Source of the DNA: an uncultured Dehalococcoidia bacterium
GTDB lineage: Bacteria; Chloroflexota; Dehalococcoidia; Lucifugimonadales; JADFKI01
Reading direction: 5' to 3'
DNA length: 64,000 bases
NCBI GenBank assembly: GCA_958295865.1
Contig: CATQHF010000004.1
Coordinates: 576,379 to 640,378, forward strand
Positions within the stretch are counted from its first letter, which is position 1, and each line of letters opens with the position of its first letter. The translations under genes and the position numbers were made by a program. Positions 36,831 to 46,572 of this stretch are shown in pieces. The notes beneath the pieces were generated by a model that saw only the letters and a program-made list of their open reading frames with translations, was not told the origin of the DNA and ran no database searches.

Positions 36831-38027
36831 ATGCGGATTGGACACAGCCACAGCGGCCCGCGCCACGTCGCCGTCATCGGCGCCGGCATCGTGGGCGCGA
36901 GCATCGCTTGGCGAATTGCCATGCGCGGCGTTCGCGTCACGCTTATCGAGAAGGCGGAGGCAGGCAGCGGCGCGTCCAGCCACAGTTTCGCCTGGATAAA
37001 CGCGGGCGCGAAGCAGCCCATCGCCTACCACAACCTGAACCGCCGCTCCCTGGATATGTGGCAGCGCTTTGCCGCCGCGCTGTCGGACGATGGCGATAGC
37101 GCGAGCATCGGGCTGCGCTGGGGCGGCAAAGTATCCTGGGCGACGGAAGCGGCTGACGCTGATCGGCTGGTATCGCAAGTGCGGCAGCTGCAATCGTGGG
37201 GCTATCCGACTCGCCTTGTCAGCGCCGCCGAGCTGTCGGAGCTGGAGCCGTCCCTGGATGTCGGCGCGGTGGCCGCCGCCGAGTACAGCGAAAATGAAGG
37301 TCAGATAGAGCCGCAGCTGGTGGTCGATGCCTGCTTGCGGCGGCTTGCCGAGCGGGAAGCCGCGGTTCACAGCGGCACTGAGGTGATAGGCTTTGAATTG
37401 CGCGGCGACGGTCGCGTTGCCGCGGTGGAGACGACAGGCGGCGATATAGAGTGCGACGCAGTCGTGCTGGCAGCCGGCGCGGATACCACGACGCTTGCTG
37501 CGCTTGCCGGCGTGAATGTGCCGCAAGCGAAAAGCCCGGGAATTGTCATCCGCACCACGCCGATGCCGCCCCTGCTGCCGAATGTGCCGGTCGTCTATGC
37601 GCCCCCGCTCAGCGACGCCCTGCAAGAGATTCACATGCGCCAGTGCGCCGACGGCAGGATGATGATTGGCGAAGGCGACCAAGAAAGCCTCGCCGAGGAC
37701 GACAGCCAAGCTCACGCCGACGACCTGCTGGCGCGCGCCTGTCGCTACCTGCCCGGCCTTGCCGGAGCCGAGGCGATACCCGTGCCGGTGGGCTGGCGTC
37801 CCATGCCCCTAGACGGCTACCCGGCGCTCGGGTTCGCGGAAGAGTCCCCCAACCTGTACATCGCGCTGACGCACAGCGGCGTTACGCTCGCGCCCGCGCT
37901 GAGCCAACTGGCGGCGCAAGAAATATGCGACGGCATTGCGGCAGACGCGATGCTGCGGCATTACCGCCCTCAGCGTTTCGCAGGCATGACCGCGGAGCAG
38001 GCAGCGAGCATGAAGCGCCCCCGCTGA
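36831..38027 (+). CDS. FAD-dependent oxidoreductase (DAO family, glycine/D-amino-acid oxidase-like)
   Basis: VAVIGAGIVGASIAWRIAMRGVRVTLIEK dinucleotide-binding motif. SD aaggag. Confidence 0.9.
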   Translation: MRIGHSHSGPRHVAVIGAGIVGASIAWRIAMRGVRVTLIEKAEAGSGASSHSFAWINAGAKQPIAYHNLNRRSLDMWQRFAAALSDDGDSASIGLRWGGKVSWATEAADADRLVSQVRQLQSWGYPTRLVSAAELSELEPSLDVGAVAAAEYSENEGQIEPQLVVDACLRRLAEREAAVHSGTEVIGFELRGDGRVAAVETTGGDIECDAVVLAAGADTTTLAALAGVNVPQAKSPGIVIRTTPMPPLLPNVPVVYAPPLSDALQEIHMRQCADGRMMIGEGDQESLAEDDSQAHADDLLARACRYLPGLAGAEAIPVPVGWRPMPLDGYPALGFAEESPNLYIALTHSGVTLAPALSQLAAQEICDGIAADAMLRHYRPQRFAGMTAEQAASMKRPR

Positions 38028-38047
38028 CGATGTAAAGGTCTAACGGC

Positions 38048-38401
38048 TCATCCCCGGTCATCCTCGTCGTCCAACTTTGGAGGTGGTGTCACTTCCCCTT
38101 TGTCCACCATTTTCTGAATATCAGGGTTAGAGGAAACCCACGCATTCCAATCGGCATGCCTTCGCATTTCCCCTCTTTTCTCCCCTATCTTTTCTCCCCT
38201 CTTTTCGCCTATCCTTTCACCCCTCTTCTCACCCCTCTTTTCGCCTATCCTTTCCCCCTCAGCAACAAACCTGTTCTTCACCGGAGAAAACAACAATCCC
38301 ATAATCTCACCACCTTTCCCAATCAAATAGCGACCACCGTCAAAGACAACATCAATCAAGAATATGGTCGCAACCAATGTCCCCTGCCCTATGAACGCCA
38401 T
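38048..38401 (-). pseudogene. 5'-truncated duplicate of the 38509..39048 gene
   Basis: It encodes the last 117 aa of the neighbouring 179-aa protein (from MAFIGQGTLV onward). It is nearly identical apart from the order of the GE[KR][RI] units. It belongs to a duplication offset by 461 nt. Confidence 0.5.
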
Positions 38402-38508
38402 AGTGACAGCGGCATCGAGGACTCGCTGACTTGATAAAGCGCCCCCACGCCGGACGCAGCTAGCGGCGCGGGCAATCGCCAGCGTCGACGATGTAAAGGG
38501 CTAACGGC

Positions 38509-39048
38509 TCATCCCCGGTCATCCTCGTCGTCCAACTTTGGAGGTGGTGTCACTTCCCCCTTGTCCACCATCTTCTGAATATCAGGGTTAGAGGAAACCC
38601 ACGCATTCCAATCGGCATGCCTTCGCATTTCCCCTCTTTTTTCTCCCCTCTTTTCACCCCGTTTTTCACCCCGCTTTTCGCCTATCTTCTCACCCCTCTT
38701 TTCGCCTATCCTTTCACCCTCAGCAACAAACCTGTTCTTCACCGGAGAAAACAACAATCCCATAATCTCACCACCTTTCCCAATCAAATAGCGACCACCG
38801 TCAAAGACAACATCAATCAAGAATATGGTCGCAACCAATGTCCCCTGCCCTATGAACGCCATAGTGACAGCGGCATCGAGGACTCGCTGACTTACGGTAT
38901 CTGTGGACTTGACATCACTCGCCGCATCGACAACGACTAGGATGAGCCAACCGCACATCTGTAAGAAATAGAGACCTAAGTACCACTTACGCCTAGCGCG
39001 TATCGTAGTAAGCAAGCCCTCGCGTTCATCCTTATTGTCGCTCGCCAC
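38509..39048 (-). CDS. Hypothetical 2-TM protein with a (GEKR)n tetrapeptide repeat tail
   Basis: 179 aa with two hydrophobic helices. Eight GE[KRM][RI] units follow (GERIGEKRGEKIGEKRGEKRGEKRGEKRGEMR), then an acidic C-terminus. Confidence 0.6.
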   Translation of the reverse strand: MASDNKDEREGLLTTIRARRKWYLGLYFLQMCGWLILVVVDAASDVKSTDTVSQRVLDAAVTMAFIGQGTLVATIFLIDVVFDGGRYLIGKGGEIMGLLFSPVKNRFVAEGERIGEKRGEKIGEKRGEKRGEKRGEKRGEMRRHADWNAWVSSNPDIQKMVDKGEVTPPPKLDDEDDRG

Positions 39049-39143
39049 AACACTCCCACTACTTTTTGCCTATCTACAAAGACACCGTGCTGTCATTTTG
39101 GCAAAAAACCCTTGACATGTCTAGCAGGGAATGAGAAGCCAAC

Positions 39144-39226
39144 AAGACTTACGCACTTGAATATGAATCCTACCTGAGATTGACCCGTTTCAAGTACGAA
39201 ATCGCGCTCAACTGCGTAAGTCCTAT
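39144..39226. repeat. Hairpin element D, solitary copy
   Basis: aagacttacgcacttgaatatgaatcctacctgagattgacccgtttcaagtacgaaatcgcgctcaactgcgtaagtcct. The 5' and 3' arms are complementary. Confidence 0.75.
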
Positions 39227-39289
39227 ACAAAAAACCCCGCATCCAATCTCGGAACGCGGGGCTTTCCTCGCTACGGTTCAGACGCAGCC

Positions 39290-40837
39290 CTAGCGGCCTT
39301 CTCTTATGAAGTCGGCGACCTTTTCTCCGATCATTATGGTGGTGGCGTTGGTGTTGGCGCGGATGCAGTCGGGCATTATCGAGGCGTCGGCTACCCTCAA
39401 CCCCTGTACGCCTTTCACCTTGAGGAACTGGTCGACCACCGCCATAGGATCGGAGTCGGGCCCCATCTTGCAAGTGCCGGATACATGGTGAGATGTTCCG
39501 GAGTTGCGCCTGAGCCAGTCGTCCAAGGCTTCGTCCGAGCGCAACTCTTCGTCGGTGGGCATGAGCCGCTCCAGCAGCAAGTCCGAGAAGCCGGAATGCT
39601 CGGCAATGCGGACGCCTAGCCGTATCGCCTCCCTCATGCGCCGCAAGTCCTCCTCCTCCTGATAGTAGTTGTAGTTCAGGCGCGGCTGCACATGCGGATC
39701 GGTGGACTGCAAGGTCAACTCGCCCTTGCCAAGCGCCAACTGCAAGCTGGCGCTTATGCCGATGTAGTTCAGATCCTCGTCGACAGCCACATGCGCCGGG
39801 CGGTGCTCGCTGGTCATGAGCATCGGGCTAAGCTGCATATCATTGCGAAGGTCTGACCCCTCGACCGTGTAGCGCAGCCCGACCTGAATCGTGGGCGCTT
39901 GCAAGTCCGGCGGATCGCCGACCGCCCGGTATATGGCGGCGGCAGCGGGATGGTCACGCAAGTTCTTGCCCACGCCGGGCAGGTCATGGACGACCTCGAT
40001 GCCGAAGCTGCCCAGATGCTCGGCAGGTCCTATGCCGGATAGCATCAGAAGCTGGGGCGAGGCTATCGCGCCGCTGCTAACGACAATCTCGTTCGCCTCC
40101 ACGGTGAAAACCTCGCCGCCGCTCTCCGCTTCGATGCCCACCGCGCGCTTGCCGTCGAACAGGATGCGCCGCGCCGTAACATTGCCCCGAATAGTCAGGT
40201 TCAGGCGGTGGCGCGCCATGTTCAGGTAGTTGATGGCATTGCTCATCCTCACGCCGTCTATATTGTTGCGCGCGCGCGGCGAAACGCCTGTGGATTCGGG
40301 ATGGTTCTGGTCTTCATCGATGCGAAAGCCCTCGGCGACGCAGGCCTGCTCGAATGCCACGGCATGGGGCATCCACTCGTCGCGCGGGGGACGGCGCACC
40401 GGCACGGGGCCATTGGAGCCATGGAAGTCGTCGCCGCCAAAGTCGAGGTCAGTCTCCATCTTGTTGAAGTATGGCAGCACCTCAGTGAAGCCCCATTCGT
40501 CGTTGCCCCACTCTGCCCAACGGTCGTAGTCCTCCGGGATGCCCCGAAACAAGACCTGCCCGTTCACCGCGCTGGAGCCGCCGGTCGCCTTGCCCCTTGG
40601 GATAATCAGCTCGTTCTGCTCCTGCGTCAGCTGCGCGGTGTATCCCCAGTTGTGAGGCCCATAAGCGGACAGCCACACATTGTTGCCGAGCTTGAGGTCA
40701 TCCGGCAGGCGCTCGAAGTCGGGATAGTCCGGCCCTGCCTCCAGCAGCAGCACCGAGCGCTCCGGGTCTTCGGACAGGCGGGTGGCGATGGCGCATCCGG
40801 CAGAGCCGCCCCCCACTACGATGATGTCGTACTTCAT
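39290..40837 (-). CDS. GMC-family FAD oxidoreductase (choline/alcohol dehydrogenase-like)
   Basis: MKYDIIVVGGGSAGCAIATRLSEDPERSVLLLEAGPD is the canonical GMC N-terminus. The C-terminal HHVSGTCKMG active-site region is present. SD ggaggtg. Confidence 0.9.
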   Translation of the reverse strand: MKYDIIVVGGGSAGCAIATRLSEDPERSVLLLEAGPDYPDFERLPDDLKLGNNVWLSAYGPHNWGYTAQLTQEQNELIIPRGKATGGSSAVNGQVLFRGIPEDYDRWAEWGNDEWGFTEVLPYFNKMETDLDFGGDDFHGSNGPVPVRRPPRDEWMPHAVAFEQACVAEGFRIDEDQNHPESTGVSPRARNNIDGVRMSNAINYLNMARHRLNLTIRGNVTARRILFDGKRAVGIEAESGGEVFTVEANEIVVSSGAIASPQLLMLSGIGPAEHLGSFGIEVVHDLPGVGKNLRDHPAAAAIYRAVGDPPDLQAPTIQVGLRYTVEGSDLRNDMQLSPMLMTSEHRPAHVAVDEDLNYIGISASLQLALGKGELTLQSTDPHVQPRLNYNYYQEEEDLRRMREAIRLGVRIAEHSGFSDLLLERLMPTDEELRSDEALDDWLRRNSGTSHHVSGTCKMGPDSDPMAVVDQFLKVKGVQGLRVADASIMPDCIRANTNATTIMIGEKVADFIREGR

Positions 40838-40974
40838 GGTTCACCTCCGCCCCCTCGGGGATATGCTCATCGATTGTAAAATGTTCTTCCGTCCCTGCGT
40901 CCATGCCGCCAATTATACAGACCCGCGCAAGCCCCGCCGGTTCCGAGAATTGGGGCGCGATTGGAGCCGCCGCG

Positions 40975-42249
40975 CTACAAGAGATTTTGGCGATCCACCC
41001 TTTCGCCCGCGATGAACACATCCGCGACCCGCCTAAGCACGGCTACATCGTCCGTCGGATCGCCGTCGACCACGAGTATGTCCGCCTGCATACCAGGTTG
41101 GAGCGCGCCCACAAGCGACTCTGCCCAGCACGACCTGGCGGCGTCGCGCGTAGCGGACACTATCGCCTCCATGCCGGACATTCCCGCCATCGCGTGCGCC
41201 TCGATTTCCGTCTGAAAGTCGCCCATACGGTAGTATCCCCAAGCCGAATCGGAGCCGGCCGCCATAGTCACTCCGGCATCTCGCATGCGCGCGAAGTGGT
41301 CCATTCGTACCTCGGACGCATGGCGCAAGCCGTCGAGTTCGCCCTGCTGCGCGGCGGTGATGTTCTCCGCGCCCTCCGACGCGCTCTCCAGCGCGCGAAT
41401 TCGCGCCACCGACGCGCCAATGGTGGGATTAACGAAAACGCCCTGCTCCGCGATACGCTCAGCAATGTCGGGGCGATAGGTGTCTGAGCCGTCGGGTTCT
41501 TTGTGAACGCCGTGAATGATGGTGTCTATTCCGGCGTCGAGCGCGTTGAGCATGCCCTGCGATGAGGCGCAGTGCGCGGCGGCGTGCTTGCCGAACCTGT
41601 GCGCCTCGTCGCAAATCGCTCTCAGTTCTTCGACATCGAACGAAGGTCTAAGCGGATGGCTTGTGCGCGTGCTGCCGCCTGTTGCGGTTATCTTTATGAA
41701 GTCAGCGCCCTCCTTGATGAGCTGGCGAACGGCAGCGCGGCACTCATCGACGCCCGTCGCCTGTATGCCAAAGTAGCTGAGATGCCCGCCTATAATCGCC
41801 ACCGGCCTGCCCGCGAGCAGCAGGCGCGGCGATGGAACGATGCCCATTTCAACGGCTTGGCGCAGCATGAAAGTAGTGCGGTGTTTCGCGCCGCAGTCCC
41901 GAAGCGTGGTAACGCCGGAATACAGGTGTCGGCGCGCATTCTGAGCGGCTTGAACGGTCAGCACCTCGTCGGGCAGCGTGGCAAGCTCATCGCCCGCGCG
42001 CCCGTCGCCGATGCCGTTCAGGTGAACATGGCAGTCCACCAAGCCGGGCATGATAGTTGCGTCACCGTAGTCGATCTCCCGAACGGGCACGCCTTCCGGG
42101 GCATGCACCGTCTCAGCAGTGCCAATCTGTCGGATTGTAGAGCCTTCCAGAAGGACGGCAGCCCGCTCATGCGCGAAGTCGGCGACGCCGTCAACCAGTC
42201 GGGCGGCTTTTAGCATTGTGAATTGCGCTTCGCTTGCTGGCATCTGCAA
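40975..42249 (-). CDS. Amidohydrolase-family metal-dependent hydrolase (imidazolonepropionase/prolidase-like)
   Basis: GLVDCHVHLNG HxH motif, plus IKITATGG, AAHC and GSDSAW (Asp ligand). Confidence 0.85.
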   Translation of the reverse strand: MQMPASEAQFTMLKAARLVDGVADFAHERAAVLLEGSTIRQIGTAETVHAPEGVPVREIDYGDATIMPGLVDCHVHLNGIGDGRAGDELATLPDEVLTVQAAQNARRHLYSGVTTLRDCGAKHRTTFMLRQAVEMGIVPSPRLLLAGRPVAIIGGHLSYFGIQATGVDECRAAVRQLIKEGADFIKITATGGSTRTSHPLRPSFDVEELRAICDEAHRFGKHAAAHCASSQGMLNALDAGIDTIIHGVHKEPDGSDTYRPDIAERIAEQGVFVNPTIGASVARIRALESASEGAENITAAQQGELDGLRHASEVRMDHFARMRDAGVTMAAGSDSAWGYYRMGDFQTEIEAHAMAGMSGMEAIVSATRDAARSCWAESLVGALQPGMQADILVVDGDPTDDVAVLRRVADVFIAGERVDRQNLL

Positions 42250-42287
42250 TCTCCGACTTGACTTGTGATGGTGTGTGTGTCTTATAT

Positions 42288-43598
42288 TCAGACGCCTTGC
42301 GCCCGCGGCTGGCGCACGGCTGCAAGTGATTCGTCTGAGCCGCGCTCCAGCTTTCGGCCCGCGAAGAACACATCAGCCACATTCCAGAGGTCATCGATGT
42401 CCCGGGCGGGGTTGCCGCGCACCACCAAGACATCGGCTTCCTTGCCGGGTTCGAGCGTCCCCACCTTGTCCGCCATGTCCAGCGCCGCCGCTGCCCGGCT
42501 TGTTACGGAAAGAATCCCCTGCATCGGAGTGTATCCGGCATGCACAAGAAGCTCGGTCTCATAGACGGTATTGCCGAGCCGATAGCTGCTCCAAGAGGAA
42601 TCGGAGCCGGTGATGACCTTCAAGCCCATCTCTATCATGCGGCGCGTGTGCTCGAGGCGCACCTCCAGGTTGGCGCGCGCCTCGTCCAGCTGCGCCCGTT
42701 CATCCGCGCTCAGCCCCTGCGCCTCCCGCTTGTGCGCCAGCTCCCATGCCGTAGCGCGGCTGACTTGCAGCGTAGGATTGACAAATGCGCCCTGCTGACC
42801 GATGCGCTCCGCGATGTCCTCCCTGAAATTGTCCGAGCCGTCGCGCTCGCGGTAGTAGCAGTGAATTATCATGTCCACGCCCGCATCCAGCGAATTCGCT
42901 ATTCCCGCCAAGGACGCGGAGTGTGTCGCGGTCAGCTTGCCGAACTTGCGCGCCTCATCCGTAACAGCCCTGAGTTCGTCCACATTAAACGACGGGAGAG
43001 TTGGGAACGATGTTCGGGTCGTTCCTCCCGTAGCGACTATCTTGATATAGTCCGCGCCCTCCTTTATCAGCTGCCTAGTCAGAGCGCGAGTCTCGATTGG
43101 TCCCGTCGCCTCGCCGCCGAAGTAGCCCATGTGCCCGCCGATGATAGCGACCGGACGGCCGCAAAGAACCATCCTGGGACCAATCGTAAGTCCGGCGTCT
43201 ATGGAATCGCGCAGCCTGAACATGGTGGCATTCTTAGGCCCATTCTCGCGGATTGTGGTTACGCCCGAATACAGGCTGACGCGGGCGTTTCTCGCCGACT
43301 GAAGCGTAAGCACCTCATCCGGCAGCAGCGCCAAGTCATCGCCAAGCCGCCCGTCGCCAAAGCCGTTGTGATGAGTGTGGCAATCCACCATGCCCGGCAG
43401 AATAGTACAGCCCGGATAATCGCTGACCGCTACCGCCGCGCCCTCAGGAGCGCGAACATCCTCCGCCCGACCCACAGCCGCGATTTTAGAACCCTCCATC
43501 AAAACCGCGCCGCGTTCCAGCGGCAGCCCGCCCCTAGCGTCTATAACCCGGTCGGCAGTAATCAGAGTGAACTGGTCGTCGGAGGGCATGGCATGCAT
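42288..43598 (-). CDS. Amidohydrolase-family metal-dependent hydrolase, paralog of 40975..42249
   Basis: GMVDCHTHHNG, IKIVATGG, ATHS and GSDSSW. It is colinear with the downstream paralog along its whole length. Confidence 0.85.
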   Translation of the reverse strand: MHAMPSDDQFTLITADRVIDARGGLPLERGAVLMEGSKIAAVGRAEDVRAPEGAAVAVSDYPGCTILPGMVDCHTHHNGFGDGRLGDDLALLPDEVLTLQSARNARVSLYSGVTTIRENGPKNATMFRLRDSIDAGLTIGPRMVLCGRPVAIIGGHMGYFGGEATGPIETRALTRQLIKEGADYIKIVATGGTTRTSFPTLPSFNVDELRAVTDEARKFGKLTATHSASLAGIANSLDAGVDMIIHCYYRERDGSDNFREDIAERIGQQGAFVNPTLQVSRATAWELAHKREAQGLSADERAQLDEARANLEVRLEHTRRMIEMGLKVITGSDSSWSSYRLGNTVYETELLVHAGYTPMQGILSVTSRAAAALDMADKVGTLEPGKEADVLVVRGNPARDIDDLWNVADVFFAGRKLERGSDESLAAVRQPRAQGV

Positions 43599-43686
43599 CC
43601 TGTGTCAAACTCGCAAAATGGCAACTCCCATTCACGCTGAAAATTAGCACAAGCAAATAAAGGATGCAAGCGGGCGTATTTAAGCC

Positions 43687-44032
43687 GAGAAAATTGCATT
43701 AGTCCCTTCCCCCTTGATAGGGAAAAGTTCGTCGGCAAGGCGAGGACGCCGCAGATGTGATTGTCCCTTCCCCCATTGATGGGGGAAAGTTCGTCGGCAA
43801 GGCGAGGACGCCGCAGATGTGGATCTCCCTTCCCCCTTGATGGGGGGAAGTTCGTCGGCAAGGCGAGGACGCCGCAGATGTGATTGTCCCTTCCCCCCTT
43901 GATGAGGGAAAGTTCGTCGGCAAGGCGAGGACGCCGCAGATGTGGATCTCCCTTCCCCCTCTGGGGGAAGGTTAGGATGGGGGCGAAAACGCCCGCCCAT
44001 CGACGACTAAACCGTACTAATGCAATTTTCTC
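43687..44032. repeat. Expanded MITE-A with five hairpin modules (about 61-bp period)
   Basis: Hairpins [gc]tcccttccccc...ggggg.aag begin at about 43702, 43763, 43825, 43886 and 43948. They are separated by four near-identical linkers, ttcgtcggcaaggcgaggacgccgcagatgtg[ga]at. The outer termini are gagaaaattgcattagt and actaatgcaattttctc. Confidence 0.85.
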
Positions 44033-44094
44033 TAAGCCAACAGCCTCCCCATTCAGATACCAAGCCCTTCCATCATCCCCCCTCCCTCCCCCGG

Positions 44095-44211
44095 TCATTC
44101 CTGCTTTCGCAGGCATCCAGAGCCTTGAGATAGCCTACAACATGCGAAAGCGCCTACATCCTGAAACTCCATTCCCATTCTCACGGAAATGACGCAAATG
44201 CCCACGCAACC
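44095..44211. mobile_element. MITE-B fragment abutting the stop codon of the 44212..46572 gene
   Basis: gtcattcctgctttcgcaggcatccagagccttgagatagcctacaacatgcgaaag...cacggaaatgacgcaaatgcccacgcaacc. The terminal TA forms part of the TAG stop (the complement of cta at 44212..44214). Confidence 0.7.
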
Positions 44212-46572
44212 CTATTCAGTTAGGCGTATCTCCCCCTCCCACAGATGCTTGAAGCCGCCATCCACCTGCACAAACTGCCCCGTGCGAATTGCGGCGATGT
44301 CGTAGTCGGGCAGGGGAACGGTCGCCACGCAGTTCCCATCGAGTATCTCGCCCTGCCACTCAAAGCCGAAGTCCAGGTTGTCGAAGCCGTGCTGCTTGCG
44401 ATGGTCGGGTAGGTCCTCTACATCAATCGGGTCGATGTGGAGGAAGAAGGACGCCTCGGTGTCGTCCTCGGCGCACTGCTCTTTGGTGTAGATGAGCTTG
44501 TTGTCGGTGAGATGCACATCGTAATCGGAGCGGATTGCCGGTTGGCCGTCTCCGACTGTATTGGGCGCGTCGTCAGGCATTACGGCGACGCCTGCGATAT
44601 AGTCGGCGATGGCGCGGGCTTCCTGTTCCGTAATGCTCGATGACGACATAGATGTGCCTGGGGCAAACCCCTGCGGGTCAGTGAGAAACTGCGTGATGCC
44701 GTCCCGCGTCCAGACGACATCCGACGAACGCAACGCCTCCGAGAAGCTAAAGCCGCCGACCTCGCCCGCCGCCCTTCCAATGACGCTAACAAGGTGAGGA
44801 CCGGGACCATGCTTTTCGGCGTCCAGTTCGTGGCAGCTGCCGCAGTGCAAGCCGAATAGCTGCCTGCCCACAGTTTCATCCGTACCCGTGGCTTCAGTTG
44901 CCGCCGGTGTGGGCGTAGCCGTGGCTTCAGTTGCCAACGGCGTGGGCGTGGCTGTGGCTTCCGTATCCGGCGGGTTCGGCGTTGGAGATGCGACGACGGG
45001 ATCGCAGTTGATGGAGTACACATCGTCCCGCTCCCGAGACGCTTCATCACAGTACCTCAGAGAACGGCTCAGAAAATAGACGAACCCTCCATCGCGCAGC
45101 AAGGCTATGCGTCCATCCGGCATAATCGCAATGTCTCGTATCCGATAGCCGAGTTTGATATTCTCCACATACTGCACATCCGCCCCGTGACGGCGGACTC
45201 GAAAGAGCAAGCCGTTGACGAACGAAGCAACCAGCAGGTCGTCTTTCCACAAGGGAAGATGCTCCTCATCGTTGACGGCGATGGCGGAGATGGCTGGCGA
45301 CGGTACCCAGGAAAAGACCGGACGCACAAAGCCGCCGTGCCGTCCCACATTCTCATCCTCCATAGTTGGGGGAATCTGACGGCCATATTGAACCCCGTAG
45401 GAGGCCACGGGCCAGCCATAATTGCCTCCCCGTTCCAGCAGGTTCAACTCGTCGCCGCCTTGCGGTCCGTGATCCGTCGCCCAGATATTGCCGTCCGCAT
45501 CTCTCACCATCCCTTGTGAGTTGCGAAAACCGATAGCCAGCGTCTCCACCTCTCCCGTTTCGATGGCAATACGGACGAACTTGCCCAGCTGCGTGGTGGA
45601 GTCGAAAGTCGGCCGCGCCCCCCAACTATCTGTTCCGTGCGTCCCAATTATCACCAGCAGATGGTCGGCGCCGTCCGTCAACATTTTCCCGCCTGACTGA
45701 TGCCCTGTGAACCAAGAAACAGGCAGGCAAGGTTCTGCTTCGAAGATAGTCCTCCAGTCCGGCATGACCGTGACGCTCGCTTCATCTCGCAGAAGCGTCG
45801 TGGACGACAACCTGAACCGGATGCACTCGCCGGTAAAGTAATGATGCGTCGCGAACAACTCGTAACGCCCTTCTCCAAGTTCCTTCAGCAGAATATCGGC
45901 AACTCGAAAGTCCCCCGGATTGAAATGATTGTTGTAATCCTCATGGTCCACGAGAGACTGTGCATTCATCGGGACATTGCCGTCCAGATATTCCACGCTC
46001 CCGTCGTGGAAGACCAGGGCAAACCTTCCCTTCGGCGTAACTACCAGTAGGTCCTCGTAGATGCTTTCAATAGCTCCACCTGCCCCGGTGAAGCCCTCAA
46101 GCGCGACAAATTCAATATCGAAAGGGTATAGATGCGTCATAAGCGCCGGCTCTTCTTCAGGATCAGGCGACGCTACCGTATTAGGCGTTGGCGAAGGAAC
46201 AGCCGTTGCGGTGGCAGTAGGCATTGGCGAAGGAACAGCCGCTGCGGTGGCAGTAGGCGTTGGCGCGGGAACAGCAGTTGCGGTGAGTGTAGGCGTTGGC
46301 GAAGGAACTGCCGTTACGGTGGGAGTGAGTGTCGGGCTAGGGACATTCGTGCCTGTGGCGGTAGGCGCTGGCGTGGGAACGGCGGTCATCGCCGGACTAT
46401 CGGAGCAGGCGGCTGCCAGAACTCCAAGCAGGACAAACGCGATAGCCCACAATGCGAAACGGAACGCCGTCGATATTGAACGGCAATACGAAGAGCGAAA
46501 TGTCCTTCCTTGTACCGATGTTCTAATGACGCGCGTCAGCGCCCGCCGGAGGCTATTCAGTATATGCAACAA
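44212..46572 (-). CDS. Lipoprotein-type fusion: PQQ-dependent sugar dehydrogenase beta-propeller + class I cytochrome c + unknown ~105-aa C-terminal module
   Basis: The signal has lipobox-like LLGVLAAAC. A tandem Pro/Thr-rich linker follows. The GSDH-type motif is HGPQGGDELNLLERGGNYGWP. The haem site is CGSCH with a distal GTSMS. The C-terminal module is shared with the next gene. The TTG start is uncertain. Confidence 0.8.
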   Translation of the reverse strand: MLHILNSLRRALTRVIRTSVQGRTFRSSYCRSISTAFRFALWAIAFVLLGVLAAACSDSPAMTAVPTPAPTATGTNVPSPTLTPTVTAVPSPTPTLTATAVPAPTPTATAAAVPSPMPTATATAVPSPTPNTVASPDPEEEPALMTHLYPFDIEFVALEGFTGAGGAIESIYEDLLVVTPKGRFALVFHDGSVEYLDGNVPMNAQSLVDHEDYNNHFNPGDFRVADILLKELGEGRYELFATHHYFTGECIRFRLSSTTLLRDEASVTVMPDWRTIFEAEPCLPVSWFTGHQSGGKMLTDGADHLLVIIGTHGTDSWGARPTFDSTTQLGKFVRIAIETGEVETLAIGFRNSQGMVRDADGNIWATDHGPQGGDELNLLERGGNYGWPVASYGVQYGRQIPPTMEDENVGRHGGFVRPVFSWVPSPAISAIAVNDEEHLPLWKDDLLVASFVNGLLFRVRRHGADVQYVENIKLGYRIRDIAIMPDGRIALLRDGGFVYFLSRSLRYCDEASRERDDVYSINCDPVVASPTPNPPDTEATATPTPLATEATATPTPAATEATGTDETVGRQLFGLHCGSCHELDAEKHGPGPHLVSVIGRAAGEVGGFSFSEALRSSDVVWTRDGITQFLTDPQGFAPGTSMSSSSITEQEARAIADYIAGVAVMPDDAPNTVGDGQPAIRSDYDVHLTDNKLIYTKEQCAEDDTEASFFLHIDPIDVEDLPDHRKQHGFDNLDFGFEWQGEILDGNCVATVPLPDYDIAAIRTGQFVQVDGGFKHLWEGEIRLTE

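Noticed and set aside
43687-44032. A CRISPR-like appearance: a ~28-bp palindromic repeat recurring five times at a ~61-bp period.
   Set aside because: The four 'spacers' are essentially identical to each other and recur in other MITE-A copies (for example 5300..5335). The array is bounded by the MITE-A terminal inverted repeats, and no cas genes are present. It is an internally expanded MITE, not a CRISPR array.
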